Below are positions 41,643 through 56,285 of a stretch of 64,000 bases of DNA, piece by piece. Under the pieces are notes generated by a model. It had not been told where the DNA came from. It ran no database searches and worked only from the letters and a program-made list of their open reading frames with translations. Numbering within the stretch: position 1 is the first letter of the stretch; each line of letters begins with the position of its first letter. The position numbers and the translations under genes are program-made. This DNA comes from the human T2T-CHM13v2.0 reference genome, Homo sapiens: the NCBI RefSeq assembly GCF_009914755.1, contig NC_060926.1. One strand, written 5' to 3'.

Positions 41643-43752
41643 AGGGATGAAGATTAGAGAACCTAATTTGGTCAACTTTTTCCATAGCTTCAATTGCATC
41701 TCATTACAGTTTTCTGCTATTTCCTCTTTACATTTTCTCTCCTTTTCTTCCCAAGGAACCCCAATGTTTTCAGAGAATAAAAGTTAGGTTGAAGAGAGTA
41801 AGAGATAAAGATAACTTTTTGGTTAAATTTCCTTTGCCTATTATATGCCTAATCATACCCTCCTCCAAATTCCTTTCTTGCTTTCTCTCTCCCTCCCTCC
41901 CTTCCTTCCTTCTTCCATTTATCTATCCATCCAATGTCCAAATGAGTATCTATTGTTTGCCAGGCCCTGTGCTAGGCAAGTCATGGGTATATATAAATGC
42001 GGCTGACAGAGACTCAGTCCTTTGCTTTATGGAGCTAATAACTTTAGTGGGCAAAAATTATGATAATTGATAAGACACCTGAAGAATACTGGAAACTGGA
42101 GGATTCCAAGGGAGTAGGTGGTGATGGCATCTACCTTATGGAAGGTCTTAAAGCATTGGAGGGAAGGGTTCCTGTTGTTTTGCATGAATGAAGATAGTAT
42201 GAAGGGATTTTATTCAAATGTTTTTGTTCTTCAATCTTTTGCTTCCATTGTTTATGCTCCTGCCATCTTTAGTCTTGTTCAGAGAATGGCAAACAGCCAG
42301 CAAGTTCTCAGTAGATTTCCCATTTGTCATAGGTTTCTCATGTATCCGGGTTTGGCTTAAAGATCAAATTGCCTTTAGGTTGACTTCTGATCCTTGCCAG
42401 AAAGAGCTGACCCTTTCTCCACTCATCTGTGCAAACCTTTACTCAGGTGAGACTTTCACACAATTTGAATAAAAGAACAAAAACTCTCCAGTAACTAAAA
42501 GGAGTAAGAAAGGCATAACTGTTTTATTTTGTTGGCTCCAAAGCTCAAGCCTATTATTTGAAATTTTTATGTTCTCTTATCATTTTGGTTTTATTTCATT
42601 TTAATTTTTTATGGAAAAAATGTATGTCTAATTGGAATGCAGACCAAAATAAAATTATTAGAGTGGAAAAAATATTTTAAGAAAATAACGTTTACATAAA
42701 ATCAGCACAATGTCCAAACAAACAAAACCATGTATGTACAGTGAAAACACATTTATTTTAAATACTGAAAAAAGTGCTATTTCATATTATAGGATTTCCA
42801 GAAAGTATGCTCCTTTTGTTTGCTCATTAGGAAAAATTTTTGTTTTAAAATAAGATATTTTGATTTAAACTATTTCTATGTACTCTCTTAAACCAAACAT
42901 AACTTGCTTTTTTCTTGATGACTCCGAGCCATGATTATTAATTCAGGTGATTCTGATTTTCTATTATGTATTGATGCCTTCATTGCCTACGAGAGAGTTG
43001 TAGGACAATTTGCCTTAATAGGAATAACAGAATGCTATCCTTTAAAAGTGTTTCCATGAAAACTTATTTATAGGTTTGGCTGTTTGGGGGTTTTGTTTTA
43101 TTTAATGTCTCCTTCATTATTAAGGATGTCAGACATCCTTCCTCCCACATATTATCGTTTCTAGTAACCAGAAAGCTAACAATTTACTATTTTTTATTTA
43201 TGTTGAGCATATTTATTAGGATAAACTTGTATGCACAGGTAAACATTTAGAATAAACTAACGTGGCTAAAACAAAAAAAAGAAACTTATTTACGTGCCAT
43301 GCATAAGAATTCCAGAGATATGTAGCACAAGACCAGTATGGCACATTTTGAATTTCATAGGCATTCAGGCTCCTTTAGCTCTCTGCTGAAATATCCATAG
43401 GGTGTAACTCATGTGTCCAAGATGGTTCCTAGAGACAACAGACCAGAGTTCCAGACAGCAGACTGGAAGGCAGGAAGGCAGGAAGGCAGAGGGCTGGGTC
43501 CCACCATGGTGGGGTATAACCTAGACTTCCTTTACAACAACATTTCTGCTTGTATCCCATTGCTCAAAAGTTTGTCACACTTATAGCTTTAAGAATACTG
43601 AGAAGTGTAGTTTCTACCTGAGTACATGAGTTCCTTGAATAAAATTGAGTTTCTGATAACAAGTAAAAATAGAAGAAGGGCTGTTGGGGTCAACCACTAG
43701 CAGCTTCTGCCATATTCCAATATCAAATATCCAAACCTATTAGAAAATTATG

Positions 43753-44129
<377 letters not shown>

Positions 44130-45361
44130 TTAGTGCATGGACTTACATATTTTAATCATTATAAGGCCTTCATTTTTTTTTCCAGATTCTCTGGGTTCTG
44201 AATACATTTGCTACATAAACGGCATTTGAATAACTGAGGTACTACTGTGGCTGAAATGAATACTTCTATATAAAATCCTGTAGCAGAATTCAAGCAATTC
44301 TACTTTGCCATATCACGCCGATGCATTCCAAAGTTTCCTCTCAAAATATGTGCTTCCAGTATGTGCAAGAATTATATATGGCCTGAACAATTTGGATTGG
44401 ATCCTTACATTCAGTTACATCCACTTCCTTTATCACTGTTTCTCAGCTTACACAATTTATGCCAGGACTTACTAGAAATAATTTTTTCACATTACATTAC
44501 ATAACTCCTAGAGTATAAACAAAACCTTCTATTTGGAGTATTCCCTAGATCTCTCTAAATTGATTCCTTGCAATGTTTGAAAGCTTGGAGTGAAGAAGGT
44601 ATTCATGAAAATAAGATGTCAATTTGTGTGTTTGATATATTTGTGTTTGGCAAGGATTGCTATGGGCATTATTTCTTTGGTTCCCCAATATTTGGTTTAA
44701 AATCAGAAGCAACATTTGCATTAGTTAAACATGTATCTGATTTAGAGCTGGGTCTTTTGCCGCCATCTTCTTAAGTGAATTAGTTCTATGGGTAACTCTC
44801 ATGGTGGCACTCATAGACCTTTGATGAATTGCACAGGCTGGATTTGAACTGCCCTGATCTAGCTGTGCCCACGAATGTGGCTTTTGTGTCTGAAGCAAAT
44901 GGGAAAATTGGAAATAATGTTGAGCTCACTGCAGAGCTGATGAGCAGCTGTTATGAACTAATACAGCTGCATGGGTTGTGTACAACTACCTTACCAGGTG
45001 TCAGATATTTTGAGTATCTTCCTGCTAAGGATGGGTAGATCATTCTAGTTAAATGTCAGGGACTCCTGATGTAGGATTTCCAGCCTTCTGAGAAGAAAGT
45101 GGCTCCCTGGCCCTCCTGCCCCACAACCATCTCCTGCATCTCAAGCTGTCCACCATAGTAAGAGTCTGCAATCCCAGCCAAGCATGAGGAGACAGGTGCC
45201 TGAGCTGGGGCAGAGGATGCAAAGTTCTTTGTCTTCTACATTTGACATAATAACCTGTGTTCACTCTGTTTTGCTCTGGCATCTTAGCCATTCCTTGCCT
45301 TAGTGAATTCACATGATGTTTTAGCAGTGAGAGTAGATGCTTTCTTAATGTAGCATTAAAA

Positions 45362-45460
45362 GTAAAAGGGGATGGACACCCTAAATACCCTGACTTGATC
45401 ACTAAAATTATACACATGTAAAACAATTTTTATATACTCCATAAATTTGCACAAATATTT
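45362..45460 (+). mobile_element. L1MA-type 3'-end fragment
   Basis: 'gggatggacaccctaaataccctgacttgatcact'. Confidence 0.65.
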
Positions 45461-45750
45461 TAAACAAGTAAAAGTTGAAGTAACAAGAATAGCACAGGGG
45501 CTCCCCTGCCGCACCCTCTACAGCCATGCGCCATCACTGTGCACTCACTCATGACTGCAGGGGAAGAGCCTGCTCAGCACTGGGGCATGATGAGAGTGGC
45601 TGAGACCCAGTCCCTGCCTCACGTGCTATAAGCTAGTGGTGGAGATGGGAAGAAGCTATGGTGAGTACCACGAGGGACTTATCTTGACCTGATCCAGCTC
45701 CAGCTGTGGAGGAGCTTGGGTTGACATGGGGCAAGAAGGGAAAGGATGGG

Positions 45751-46131
45751 TGTATTAGTTTGCTTGGGCTGGCATAGCAAAATGCCACAGACTGGGTGGC
45801 CTAAACAACAGAAATTCATTTACTTGCAGTTCTGGAGGCTAGAAGTCCTAGATCAAGGTTTTGACTGATTCAGTTCCTGGTGAGAGCTCTCTTCCTGGCG
45901 TTCACTTGGCCTCTTTCTTACCATGTCCTCACATGGTGAAGCAAGACAGACATGTCTGGTATCTCTTTTTATAAGGACACAAATCCTGTTGGATAAGGGA
46001 CCCATCCTTAAGACCTCATTTAACCTTAATTACTTCTTTAGAGGCTCCATCTCAAAATACAGCCACACTGGTGATTAGGGCATCAACATATGAATTTGGG
46101 GAGGGACACAGAAATTTAGTCCATAATAACA
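45751..46131 (-). mobile_element. MLT1A/B MaLR solo LTR
   Basis: 'tgtattagtttgcttgggctggcatagcaaaatgccacagactggg' through 'tttagtccataataaca'. Confidence 0.85.
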
Positions 46132-46747
46132 GGTTTGAGATGAAATGCCCAGATGGATCAATCCACCTCTGAAATTTCATTCTTGTTGTCTGAAAGATTT
46201 ACATAAAAACCAATGGCTTATTCACTTCAATATTCTGACTGGCATGGCTCCCCCACCTCCTAGCTTAGAACCTCAGCCTCAGACCTACTTCCATATGAGG
46301 AGACGGAGGATGCTCATGCCAGTTCTAGAAGGAGTGACTGCCTGAGGGGGGAGTTGAGATAAAGATGTCCTGATTGAACTCGAGACTGCACTCAGGAATG
46401 ACCCCATGTCCAGAGCTGGAACCAGACAGACCTTGGGACTCAGATAATAATATTTAAAATAGGAAGTTATCCAAAAAATATGTCATATGTGGTTGCTGTA
46501 GAGTGGGTACAGGGGACATAAAAAAAAATAGAGGGCTGTGTAAAGGTAAAGATGTAAGGAATAAAGGAATCTGGCTGAAGAGCAAGATCCAACTGAAGAG
46601 CAAGACTTACAGTCTACACAAAGACCCCCTGTCTGTCTCTCCCCTAGCCATCAAAGCTGCCATCAGGGTTCACCCAACAAGATTTTTCATGTCTCTTTGT
46701 GCATGTGAACAGACACCATGGGAATTTCTTGTTCTCCTCATTCCTCC

Positions 46748-47097
46748 TGATATGGTTCAGCTGTGTCCCCATCCAAATCTCATCTTGAATTGTAGCTCCC
46801 ATAATTCCCAAGTGTTGTGGGAGGAACCCAGTGGAAGATAATTGAATCATGAGGGTGATTTCCCCCATACTGTTCTTGTGGTAGTAAATAAGTCTCATGA
46901 GATCTGATGATTTTATAAAGGGTTTCCCCTTTCACCTGGCTCTCATTCTCTCTTGTATGCTGCCAGGTAAGCCTTCCGCCATCATTGTGAGGCCTCCCCA
47001 ACCACGTGGAACTGTCGGTCCATTAAACCTCTTTTTCTTTATAAATTACCCAGTCTCAGGTATGTCTTTATCAGCAGCATGAAAACAGACTAATACA
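46748..47097 (+). mobile_element. THE1 MaLR solo LTR with perfect 5-bp TSD
   Basis: TG..CA ends ('tgatatggttcagctgtgtcccc' ... 'cagactaataca'); TSD cctcc at 46743-46747 and 47098-47102. Confidence 0.93.
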
Positions 47098-47872
47098 CCT
47101 CCCCAGCGGGTCATCCAGAGCCAGCACCTGGAAATGGGGGAAGCAGGTGTGGTGGACTGAACCAACAGTGGACGGAACTTTGACCTCTGGACATGTGTTA
47201 TAATGCTTTCTAGGTCCTGGTTCCTAGAGAGAGGTTAAGAGTTCTACAACTCCAGAAGAAATATAGCCCTCTCCCAGGTAAGCCATGTAGCACAGCTCCA
47301 GAGGGTGCAATTCCCACTGAAGTCTGTGAATGATGCCCATGGTGTTGTGCAGTGTGCATGCTGCATGACCATTCACAGTGACCCTGCCTCTCCCGGTGAT
47401 TCCTAGTCCCAAAGGAATCAATCACTGTACTCACCATCTCTGGCAATAGGAGGAATGGAAACAGTGCTAATAATGACAAGGCCAAGATTTATTCAGGTGC
47501 TTATGCAAAGATATATTATTTTGCATACCGTTTTATTGCACATATTGGAAGTGACTTTCACGGATCTCCACTTTTCAGATTCCTTCCAGCTTTGCCAGGG
47601 GTAATTTGCCCAAGAAGCACAATTATTTATTCCAATTAAATGCTAATTTCACTCCCTTGAATCTAAATCTAAATCTCCTCTAGGAAAAAGAGGTTAATAA
47701 TTCTTCTATTAACAAGGATGACTTGATCTAGTCTACAGTGGGCTCAAAATGTGCAAAATTATTTAAATTAGGGCGGGAAGCTAAAAAATATCCATGATGT
47801 CTTCAAAGCAACAAGATTTTTCCTTAATTATTTAAAATTTAGCAGTGGTGTGTACTATTATTGAGTCTCTAA

Positions 47873-48425
47873 ACCAATGGTTCTTAAAGTGTGGTTCCTA
47901 AAATTGTATCATCAGCATCACCTGGGAACTTTGTTAGAAATAGAGTCTCAGGTCCTACCTAAGACCTGCTGAATCAGAAACTCTGGGAGTGGGCCCAGCA
48001 ACCTGTGCTTTAACAAGACCTCCAGATGATTCTGATGCACATGCCAAGTTTGAGAAGCAGTGTTCTGGATCTAAGATAGTGATGCTAGTCTTGGCTGTAT
48101 GTTAAGATCACTTGGAAAGTTCTTAATATGATGGCCAGGCCACAGCCCAGGCAAATCAGAATCTCTGGGGGTGGAGCCCAGATGTAATTTCCCCAGGTGA
48201 TTGCAATGTGCATCCAAGGTTAACAACCATTGCTTTACAAGCAATAATTCTAAAAGTTAAGTGTGTGTGAAAAAGACTTGAGATACTTGTTAAGGATAAG
48301 ACGTGCTCCTGGAGATTCTGATTCAGTAGATCAATGGTGAGGCTCAGGAATTCATATTTTTAGCCAGTAGTCCAGGTAATGCTGCTGCACAAGATGCATG
48401 GGCCACCCCACAAGGAACACAGTAT
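47873..48425. mobile_element. Cluster of three adjacent MER5A/MER5B MITEs
   Basis: Three units (about 47873-48065, 48075-48235, 48240-48425), each with 'aatcagaaactct/aatcagaatctct/gattctgattcagtag' cores. Confidence 0.65.
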
Positions 48426-48768
48426 ACTTAAGAGCCAGACCGCTTAAATAGTCTTGAGGAAGGACTGTGCTTACTAGTGGGAAGTCAGAAACCGTAGCTC
48501 TGAGGAGTTAGGGTTGTATGTCAAGAGACTTTGACAGATGACTGCATGAACAAGGTAGGAAATGGAACTGTAGGTGCAGAAAGGTAATGAGGCTGTTTAA
48601 TTGTGATGTACTTGTCAACCAGTACCTTTATTTGTCTTGGGAGCTCATGAGCTCTCTTTGTGAGAGAGACTGACCCAAATTACCCCTTCCATTGTATGGT
48701 TCTGTGCTGGACACCTTGGCTGGCACACCCTAACAAAGTGAATCCAAAAACAAGAAGCAAAGTAGTCA

Positions 48769-49320
<552 letters not shown>

Positions 49321-50504
49321 TTTTGAAGTGTTAAATGTCCCATCACCATTTATCAACCAGAGTCTGTGTTCTAATTTACTGTACCGGATGCTGTCCAGTA
49401 GTTGTGACATCTGGGAAATTCCTCCAGCTCCTCTGCATTGACTCACAGAATTCACAACAGGAACAGACATGAAAACTCACCATAATCTTTTAAACTAAGT
49501 AAAAACAACTAAGACTGGATAATGTAGGCAATGTTTTTTATCTACATAAGCACTGCACTCGATTAAGTCCTCTGAACTATTCTCCTAGCATCAGTTGAGC
49601 AAACTATACCCATAGCAATTTGGCTGGTAAAAAGTTAACTTGGGAAAAGAATCTTAAGTACCTTCCCAGCTGTGTTCTAATTGCATGTTTAGAAAGAGTA
49701 TGCATACATTTTTTAGTGTGGTAACATCAAGGATAGATGTTGCTAAAGAGAATTTTAAGTGATTCATGCCCTGTTTTCTTATTCAGGAAAGCTTTTTCTA
49801 ACTTTCTTCTGATAAGCCTACAGAAATAAAAGAGAATATGGCAGAGGAAGGCATTAAGAATTAAAGTCGGGAAAGTATTCAAGAAGTTACCCAGTTTATT
49901 TTTTGAGTTTCAGACAGAAGGGTCTAGCCTGACCCTCATAAGGATCAGATGAGGCAGATGGAGGCACCTCGTCTCTCAACCTAAATTCTTAGTGAAGTCC
50001 CTTATGGCTCAGCTGCAAGCCTCCTGCCACAGGACACGCACATTTCCTCTAGTGGGTTTGGGGGTGGAGAGCAGCTGGTATCACTCTCTTCATAATTACC
50101 CCGTATACTTAAAGAAGACAATTGAGTCATCCTTTATCCTCTTTTTTTCCAGGAAAACATCCAGTTCCTTAAAACTTACCTCATAGGTTCTGTTTTCCAA
50201 CACTTTAATCATTGTGTCTTTTGTGTGCCCTGGCCAAGTCCCCTGCTTCCTCTTAGACCTGGACCTGGTCCCTGAACAAGGACCTGACTGTGCTGACAGG
50301 AATAGGAAAGCCCCCCTGTTTCCACACTCACTTGTAAGCCAAGAAAGTAGGGAACAGCCATCCCTGGCATTATTCCAGATGTGGGAAACTCTGCTGTCCA
50401 CAGGGACAGGCAGGAGCATACACAGCATGGGTGAGGATCATGTCAGAAGGAAGAATGTGCACAGCCTGGCCAAAGAGGCCGGCCCTGCTTGGTTACAGTG
50501 GTCT

Positions 50505-50680
50505 GCTGCCCTGAGGCACATTGTTGCCAGGTCTTCTGATTTTTCTAGAAAAGTTCAAAATCTGGACTTTAAAAGTATCTGCTTTTTTTTTTCCAATGTT
50601 GTCTACCCTCTCAAAAATATTTAAACAATCTGTGGGCAAATAAAACATGTCTGGAGGCTGAATCGGGTTCCTGGGCCTCT
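50505..50680. mobile_element. Possible MER102-like hAT fragment
   Basis: 'gttgccaggtcttctgatttttctagaaaagttcaaaatctggac'. Confidence 0.35.
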
Positions 50681-50697
50681 TAAGAAATTCTATTCTA

Positions 50698-51127
50698 TGG
50701 CTGCATAGTATTCCATGGTGTATATGTGCCACATTTTCTTAATCCAGTCTATCATTGTTGGACATTTGGAATACTATGCAGCCATAAGAAATGATGAGTT
50801 CATGTCCTTTGTAGGTACATGGATGAAATTGGAAATCATCATTCTCAGTAAACTATCGCAAGAACAAAAAACCAAACACTGCATATTCTCACTCATAGGT
50901 GGGAATTGAACAATGAGATCACATGGACACAGGAAGGGGAATATCACACTCTGGGGACTGTTGTGGGGTTGGGGGAGGGGGGAGGGATAGCATTGGGAGA
51001 TATACCTAATGCTAGATGATGAGTTAGTGGGTGCAGCGCACCAGCATGGCACATGTATACATATGTAACTAACCTGCACAATGTGCACATGTACCCTAAA
51101 ACTTAAAGTATAATAATAAAAAAAAAA
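50698..51127 (+). mobile_element. L1PA2 3' end, 5'-truncated with twin-priming inversion
   Basis: Antisense segment about 50696-50769, then sense 3' end and polyA. 16-bp TSD aagaaattctattcta at 50682-50697 and 51128-51143. Has GAG (not ACA/ACG) at the Ta-diagnostic site and 'cacaatgtgcac'. Confidence 0.93.
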
Positions 51128-51787
51128 AAGAAATTCTATTCTAGTTAATGTAGTATAAACAAAGGCCAGTCAGGTGTGGGTGGGAGCCTGGGGACAGGTT
51201 AGGAACACAGATAGAAGGGCAACTCATGTTTAGCAAGAAACAACCATAATAATGAACAGCTGTAAACACTCATTTAGATGAGGAAAAAAGAATTATTAAT
51301 AAAGTATTGAAATAATTACCATTTTAATTCAGTGCCTGGAGTATAGTAAATGTTCAATAAATGTTTGCTAATAAATACCTTGCTTTTTAATATTGTTTTG
51401 CCGTTATGAAATACTTTATAATTTCTCTGCTTCCTTAGAACAACCTGAGAGGTAAGACTATTATTCTTCCCATTTTCATTACCTGCAGAGGTCATGCCCC
51501 TAGGAGCAGCAGAATGAGAGCTTCAATCCGCATGCTTGATTCACTATTTCTCCCTCTTGGATCTTGTCTTCCCAAAACCTTACAGGTGGGTATCAGTGGA
51601 CACCTGGGTATGTAATGTGATCTGAGAGCCCACCCTCCCCTCTTTCCTACAAAGAACCACTTCTCACACGTAGTTAAAAAACAAAAACAAAACTGAAAGC
51701 AAATAAAAGGATCATGAAAATTAGGAATTCCCCTCTACTCTTCTCCAGCCACCAAGCTCTACAGGAACTCTCTAAAGACAATCCCCT

Positions 51788-52096
51788 TTTACTTTTCTTT
51801 ATTATTATTATTTGTACAGACAGGGTCTTGCTCTGTCGCCCAGGCTACAGTACAGTAGCACGATCATAGCTCATTGGAACCTCAAACTCAGGGACTCAAG
51901 GATCTTCCCACCTCAGCCTGCCAAGTAGCTGGGACTACAGGTGCTCACCACCACACCTGGCTAATTTTTTAATTTTTTGTGGAGACGAGGTCTCACTATG
52001 TTGCCCAGGCTGGTCTCAAACTCCTGGGCTAAAGTGATTCCCACAACCTTGTCCTCCTAAAGTTCTGGGATTACAAGCATGAGCCACCACACCCAG
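51788..52096 (-). mobile_element. AluJ
   Basis: J-type 'cacgatcatagctca' and 'ggtctcactatgttgccc'. Confidence 0.9.
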
Positions 52097-52202
52097 TAAA
52101 AGACAACTCTTATAATCAGCCTGTGTAAATGTATAGGTATTTTATGGGGTGTATGTATGTGTTTCTGTGTGTGTGTTGGTACATAAACGGTAAGATTTTA
52201 TA

Positions 52203-52846
<644 letters not shown>

Positions 52847-53249
52847 CTCTTTGCTTTCTTTTAAGTTAAGACTGTAATTGGAATAACTTTCCACATCAAT
52901 ACATATGGAACTGCCTTCTTTTTAACCAAATCCTTGATGGATTTAGGTTTTAGTCTTTTATTAATAATGTTTCAGTGAATAACCCTCACTGTGCATCATT
53001 TCACACATGTGGAAGTAAATCTATGGAATACAGTTAGAATTACTAGATTCAAGGATGTGCAGGTTTTTAGTTTTTAAAAACTAAATTGCCAAATTGCCCT
53101 TCATAAAGCCCACATTATACCCTCACAATCAATGTATAGAGTGCTATCATCCTATTTCATAAAAACTTTACTTTTCGGTTTATTCATCCACCTCCACGCT
53201 CACACACTCAATAGCCCCAAACTGTTCAGCTTCTGAAATGCAAAATTCA

Positions 53250-54080
53250 AACGTACACCTCGTCCATAACTTTTATCCAACTACTCCCATTACACCCCCA
53301 CGCCTTCCCCAGTAGTTGGTTGCTGCATTCCCTTCCTCTTCCCATCACACCTAGCTCTGTGATCTGTCACTTCATCCTGAATCAGGCCAACCATTGCCAC
53401 CTCCAAGCCAACATCCTAGCTACCAAGTGCTCCTAGAGAGAAATTACTCCACCTGGGCTGCTCCAAATTCATATTCCCCAACCTCACCTGGGCCCTCCGC
53501 ACTGCTCCTTGTGATCAATGCTCCCTTCCCCGGAAGAGTTTTCAAAGCTTTCCATTCTCCTCGGAACTCCCTCCCCACCAACGGATAGCCACCCTTCCAG
53601 CTTCCTCGGGGAAATGATAATCCCATTTTTCTTCCCCCTCTCCTCCACTCTTCCTCTCTCCCTTCTCCTTTCCCTTATCATTTAAGCCTCTTCTAGCCTC
53701 TGTCATCTAAAAAGCCTCTCTCTTGACTCTGCTCTACCTCTTCCTGTCACTCTCTCGCCTCTCGCCCTGTTCACGGCCTCACTTCCTGTGAGAGAATCCA
53801 CGCCGTGATTATTCCACCCCATCTCACATTAGTCTCCAAACCTCTGAAGTCTGACTTCAACCATCACAATTAAACTTGCTCTCGTATGCACCCAGTAAGC
53901 TGACAGTAATTACTGTCAACCTTCTGCCACTTGACCTCGCTGCAGCATTGGACACTCTTCCATCCTCCTTCATGAAACGGCCTTTTGTTCCTTTAGCTTC
54001 TGGCGCCTCATCTCTTGCCACTCACCACCTCCTGTCTGTGCTGCAGCCTTATTCAGCTCTTGACACTTCCTCATGTGGTG
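53250..54080 (+). mobile_element. L2 internal fragment (pyrimidine-rich)
   Basis: 'cttgacctcgctgcagcattggacactcttccatcctccttcatgaaac' resembles the L2 RT region (LDL.AA.DT). Confidence 0.5.
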
Positions 54081-54687
54081 GATGGGGTGTTGACTCCTCA
54101 ACTCTCCGAGTGATTAGTCTAAACCAAACATAGTGATCTCACTCCCCTAGCTAGCAATTTGATCCGGAAGAAGTATGTGACCCAAGCCTGGCCAATAAGA
54201 CATGAGAAGTTGTCTGCTTGGGATCAAAAGAGATTTTTTTATTATTATTATTCCTAAAGGGTCATGTGGGAAAGACAATATATCTTCTTATGCCGAGGAT
54301 GGAGCAGAACACAGGGAGGAGGGAAGAGCCAGGACAACACAGAGCAGAGGAGCTCAGCCATGTGGACTCTGCCTGAGGCCACACTGCAGAGGACCTCTTG
54401 TTATGTAAGATCCTAAATTGGCTCATGGCTTAGCCAGCTTGAGTGAGACTTTATTTGCTTGAAGGCATTTGAACCTATACACCATATTCACCTCTCCATT
54501 TGTATGTGTTGTTTCTTCTGCCTGGAACCTTTTTACGACCATTTATCTCCTCTTTCCTACTCATCCATGAAGCCTCAACTCAGGCATACTTCTACCAGGG
54601 GGCCATCTATGGTCCCTCAAGAGAAGGCATCTTTCCTTTGTGCTCCTATAGTACTGCGTGAGAACAGAAGTATAATAACTTACTTGG

Positions 54688-55002
54688 GCCAGTGTGGTGG
54701 CTCATGTGGGTAATCCCAGCACTTTGAGAAGCCAAGGTGGGGGAGAACTACTTGAGACTAGGAGTTCGAGACTAGCCTGGGCAACAAAGCGAGATGCCCC
54801 CCAACCCTGTGCATTTCTATACAAAGTAAAAAGAAAAAAAAATAGCCTAGCACAGTGGTGTGCACCTATAGTTCCAGCTACTTGGGAGGCTGGGGTAGGA
54901 GGATTCTTTGAGCCTATAAGTTGGAGGCTGCAGTGAGCTATGATTGTGCTACTGCACTCCAGCCTGGGTGACAGAGCAAGATACTGTCTCAAGAAAAAAA
55001 AA
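54688..55002 (+). mobile_element. AluJ within an L2 fragment (about 54460-55125)
   Basis: Alu dimer with J diagnostics; 'ttacttg' on both flanks; L2 3' end 'gtgcctggcacatagtaattgctc' at about 55075. Confidence 0.88.
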
Positions 55003-55589
55003 ATTACTTGAATATAACTCCCACTAGACTGTAATTCTTTGAGGAGGAAGATGACTTTTAGCACCCAACACAGTGCCTGGCACATAGTAATTGCTCATTA
55101 AATATCTGCTAAAAGAATAAATATTACTTTCATTGATCTAACCATCACTTTTTATGGTAATAACAATATTGGCAAAGACTCATGGAAATGAGCACTTCCC
55201 ACACTCATAGCTGATGGTAGAATTTTTCTAAATTGCAACTTGACAATATGTTTTAGAGTACAAAAAAAAGTATGCCAGAATACCACTTCTAAGAATTTAT
55301 CATTACAAAATAATCAAGATTTATTTATATATATGTGCAGGACTGTCTTGTTCTTAATGGCGAAGCATCAAAAGCAATCTACAACAGTAGAGTGGACTGG
55401 TTAAATGAATTCTAGTATATCCAAATACTGCAATACTATGCAGCCAACATTTTGTGTTTCTGAAAAATATTTAATCATTTGGGAAAATATTTACATTATA
55501 TCATTAAGTGAAAAAGCATGTAACAAAAGCTATAACCAAGTGTGGTTCCTATTTTTAAAATGTACATGAACAAAGAAGACTAAAGTAAG

Positions 55590-55895
55590 GAAGAGTGGCT
55601 GACACCTGTAACCTCAGTTCTTTTGGAGGCTGAGGTGAGAGGATCACTTGAACCTAGGAGTTTGAGACCAGACTGGGCAACATAGTAAGACCCTATCTCA
55701 ACAACAACAAGAACAACAGCACAATCAGCCAGGCATTGTAGTGCGTGCCTATAGTCCCACCTACTAGGGAGGCTGAGGTAGGAGGATAGCTTGAGCCTGG
55801 GAGGTCAAGGCTTCAGTGAGCCATGACTGTGTCACTGCACTCCAGCTTTGGTGACAGAGCAAGACTCTATCTGTGAAAAAGAAAGAATGAAAGAA
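55590..55895 (+). mobile_element. AluJ within an L1ME 3' fragment (about 55160-56010)
   Basis: Alu dimer; flanks include L1-like 'aatactatgcagccaac'. Confidence 0.88.
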
Positions 55896-56099
55896 AAAGA
55901 CTAGAAACTGTGCACTAATATTTCCATAGTGGTTGTCTGAATGGTAGGATTGTAATTTTAATTTCTTCTTCATGCTTTTCTAAATTGTCAATAATAAATA
56001 TGTATTTTTAAAAGCTGTTAATATTAAGAATAGAAAAGAAAGGTGAGAAGAAGGAAGGAAGAACAGAGAGAGGTGAGAAGAGAGGAGAGAAAGAATAAG

Positions 56100-56285
56100 A
56101 TGGGACTCTGAATCAGGATAATTGAGTTTTAATCCTAGCTTTACCATTAAGAGGCCATCCAGTTCAGGCTAAGTCATTTAGTCTTTATCCCTCATATCTC
56201 ACTCAGCAAATGGGAATAATAATATTTACCCTACCTTATGGAATTTTTTTCAATACAAAAAAGTATATGAAGGGGCTTTGAAAAA
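56100..56285 (+). mobile_element. MIR SINE
   Basis: 'gagttttaatcctagctttacca...ctaagtcatttag...aaatgggaataataatatttacc'. Confidence 0.6.

Noticed and set aside
50698-51127. Active L1HS-Ta assignment
   Set aside because: It has GAG rather than ACA at the diagnostic site and 'cttaaagtat' rather than 'cttagagtat'.
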